From NCBI RefSeq assembly GCF_030028105.1, contig NC_092380.1:21663144-21727143 (forward strand): DNA of 64,000 nucleotides. Direction: 5' to 3'. The notes under the pieces are model-generated. The model saw nothing but the letters and a program-made list of their open reading frames with translations. It made no database searches and had not been told where the DNA came from. Positions 62,609 through 64,000 of this stretch are shown piece by piece (the first letter of the stretch is position 1; each line of letters starts with the position of its first letter). The translations under genes were made by a program, and so were the position numbers. The DNA is from Mobula birostris. Lineage: Eukaryota.

Positions 62609-64000
62609 TGTGTACAAATTCATCTGAGAGATGCAGCCGGTAGGTATAAAGTAGTCTTTTATTCAACAAAATGAGACGCAGCAGACATCATATTGAGAAT
62701 CTTTCAGAGGAAGAGCCTACTCGACCTAATGTTACGTGACGTTTATATGCTAAAGGTCAAAGGACAGTTCTATATTTACAACGTATCTACAGTGCTTCCT
62801 TTGAATTACGTGTAACTTTCGCACCTTCTTCGCATCCACACTCTAGACACTCAAAATGAATATTAATCAACATTGTCTAGTTTTTCAAATTAATCACTGT
62901 TCACAGCTCTAGGAACCTATTGTTCAGAGCTGCATTTTAAAGTTAATCTATAGTCTGTGTTCAGGTCTAAAGATTGGTTGCTGAAGTTAATATCTTGCTA
63001 TCCATCCTAATTCCAGAATAAAATAAACTTGTACCAGGAAAGGCCAACCTTAAAGAGGATCTGCTCAAATAGAGCAGCAGAAATGCCCTGCTTTAGAACC
63101 CCTCCCAATTACTCTATGTGCAACTACACTTACACTATCATCCCTACTGGCTACCTACAAGATGTTCCAGAGATTTGACCAACAGTCTTTAAAAATGCAG
63201 CTTTGTCATTTGTAAGGCTGTTGCCTCCTTCCCTGCTGGCCAATTGCAGTTTAATCATATTCTTTATCTTCACCCTTCCGTGGTCTTATCCATCTGGGAG
63301 CAAACCCTGCCTTTTCAGGTAGCACTCTCACTATGACTTGGTCACCTGGCTGTGGGAGGACCATCTCCTTTCACTCCAGCTCTCTGATTGGCAATGTGCT
63401 GCTGCTGTTTTGCTCGGTCATTCAGCACTTTACACAGGCCCTTCATATCTTCATGTAATCTTACTAAATTGACAGTTGTAGTTTCTTCTTGTTCTTCCAC
63501 TGCCCTCCTCGCACTGATGTCTACCAACTCATTCCCTTTCTGTTCCTTACTATCCCCTTTCTGGTGAGCCTTTACTTTAATCATTGCTAGCTGCACTACT
63601 TCGAACAGCTCCTGGCTGTGTTTGTCCCCTCCCCTTGGGGCCTCCTGATGTGATTCCCACACATTGCCCTGTCTCTCCTCCCTGCTTGGGGCTGCTGTCT
63701 CTCATGTTAGCTGGTTTGTGAGTCACACATGTTCACTGTCCTTCTATTGTTCATGTTATTTCTCCTTCTCTTGAGTCTATGATAGCACTTCCCTTACTCA
63801 TTGTGTCTATCCCCAGGATAGTACCTTCATTGTTTGGGCACACCCAGAAATCTACAGGAAACCGCACTCCCTCAGTCTCAGGTATCTGGGGCTGACTTCT
63901 GTCCACCCTCATTGTTTCACTTCTTACACTGGTAATGTAAATCTCCTCTCCAGTCATGGGTAAGGATAGATCAATTATCAATGCTGATGATCCCTTGTCC
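62609..64000 (-). mobile_element. Second LTR element (Gypsy/retrovirus-like): protease and RNase H remnants, putative 3' LTR ~62609-63096
   Basis: FWVCP..TILGID (aspartic protease C-terminus), KVKAHQKG..GNELVD..A (RNase H), PPT-like GGGAGGGG near 63098-63105, minus-strand AATAAA near 62658-62663. Confidence 0.6.

Noticed and set aside
56816-64000. Remaining MMGT1 exons (IVLQTL.., FNHRG..)
   Set aside because: Not recognised here; probably beyond 64000, so completeness cannot be judged.

Overview
Eukaryotic vertebrate genomic DNA, not prokaryotic. The repeat content (HER1/CR1-type LINEs, Penelope-like elements with the CTGACGAAGGG..GAAACGTCGAC tail, an HE1-like SINE, a 52-bp GC-rich minisatellite) suggests a cartilaginous fish, probably a ray; this is inference. 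Four spliced genes were rebuilt by hand, with GT-AG boundaries and consistent phases. (1) A complete 6-exon RAB35-like GTPase (+, 4200-17642, 202 aa). (2) A complete 5-exon HCFC1R1/HPIP homolog (-, 25286-20519, ~193 aa). (3) A complete 13-exon THOC6 (-, 54794-33121, ~331 aa). (4) The 5' part of MMGT1/EMC5 (+, from 56201), head-to-head with THOC6 across a CpG-island promoter with NRF1, ZNF143/THAP11 and YY1 motifs. Introns and intergenic DNA hold a young full-length L1 (16-bp TSD, open ORF2, nonsense codon in ORF1), Penelope-like elements, CR1, Rex/Babar, RTE and Tx1 LINE relics, hAT and Tigger-like elements, a BEL/Pao relic, an H2A pseudogene fragment and several minisatellites. Main observations: seven minimal, dimer-dependent hammerhead-ribozyme motifs, with all five intronic copies on the host gene's sense strand; a RAB35 paralog with NKxE in place of NKxD; and an HCFC1R1 with an extra exon that resembles CCDC117. 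Homology calls rest on recalled protein sequences, not on searches.
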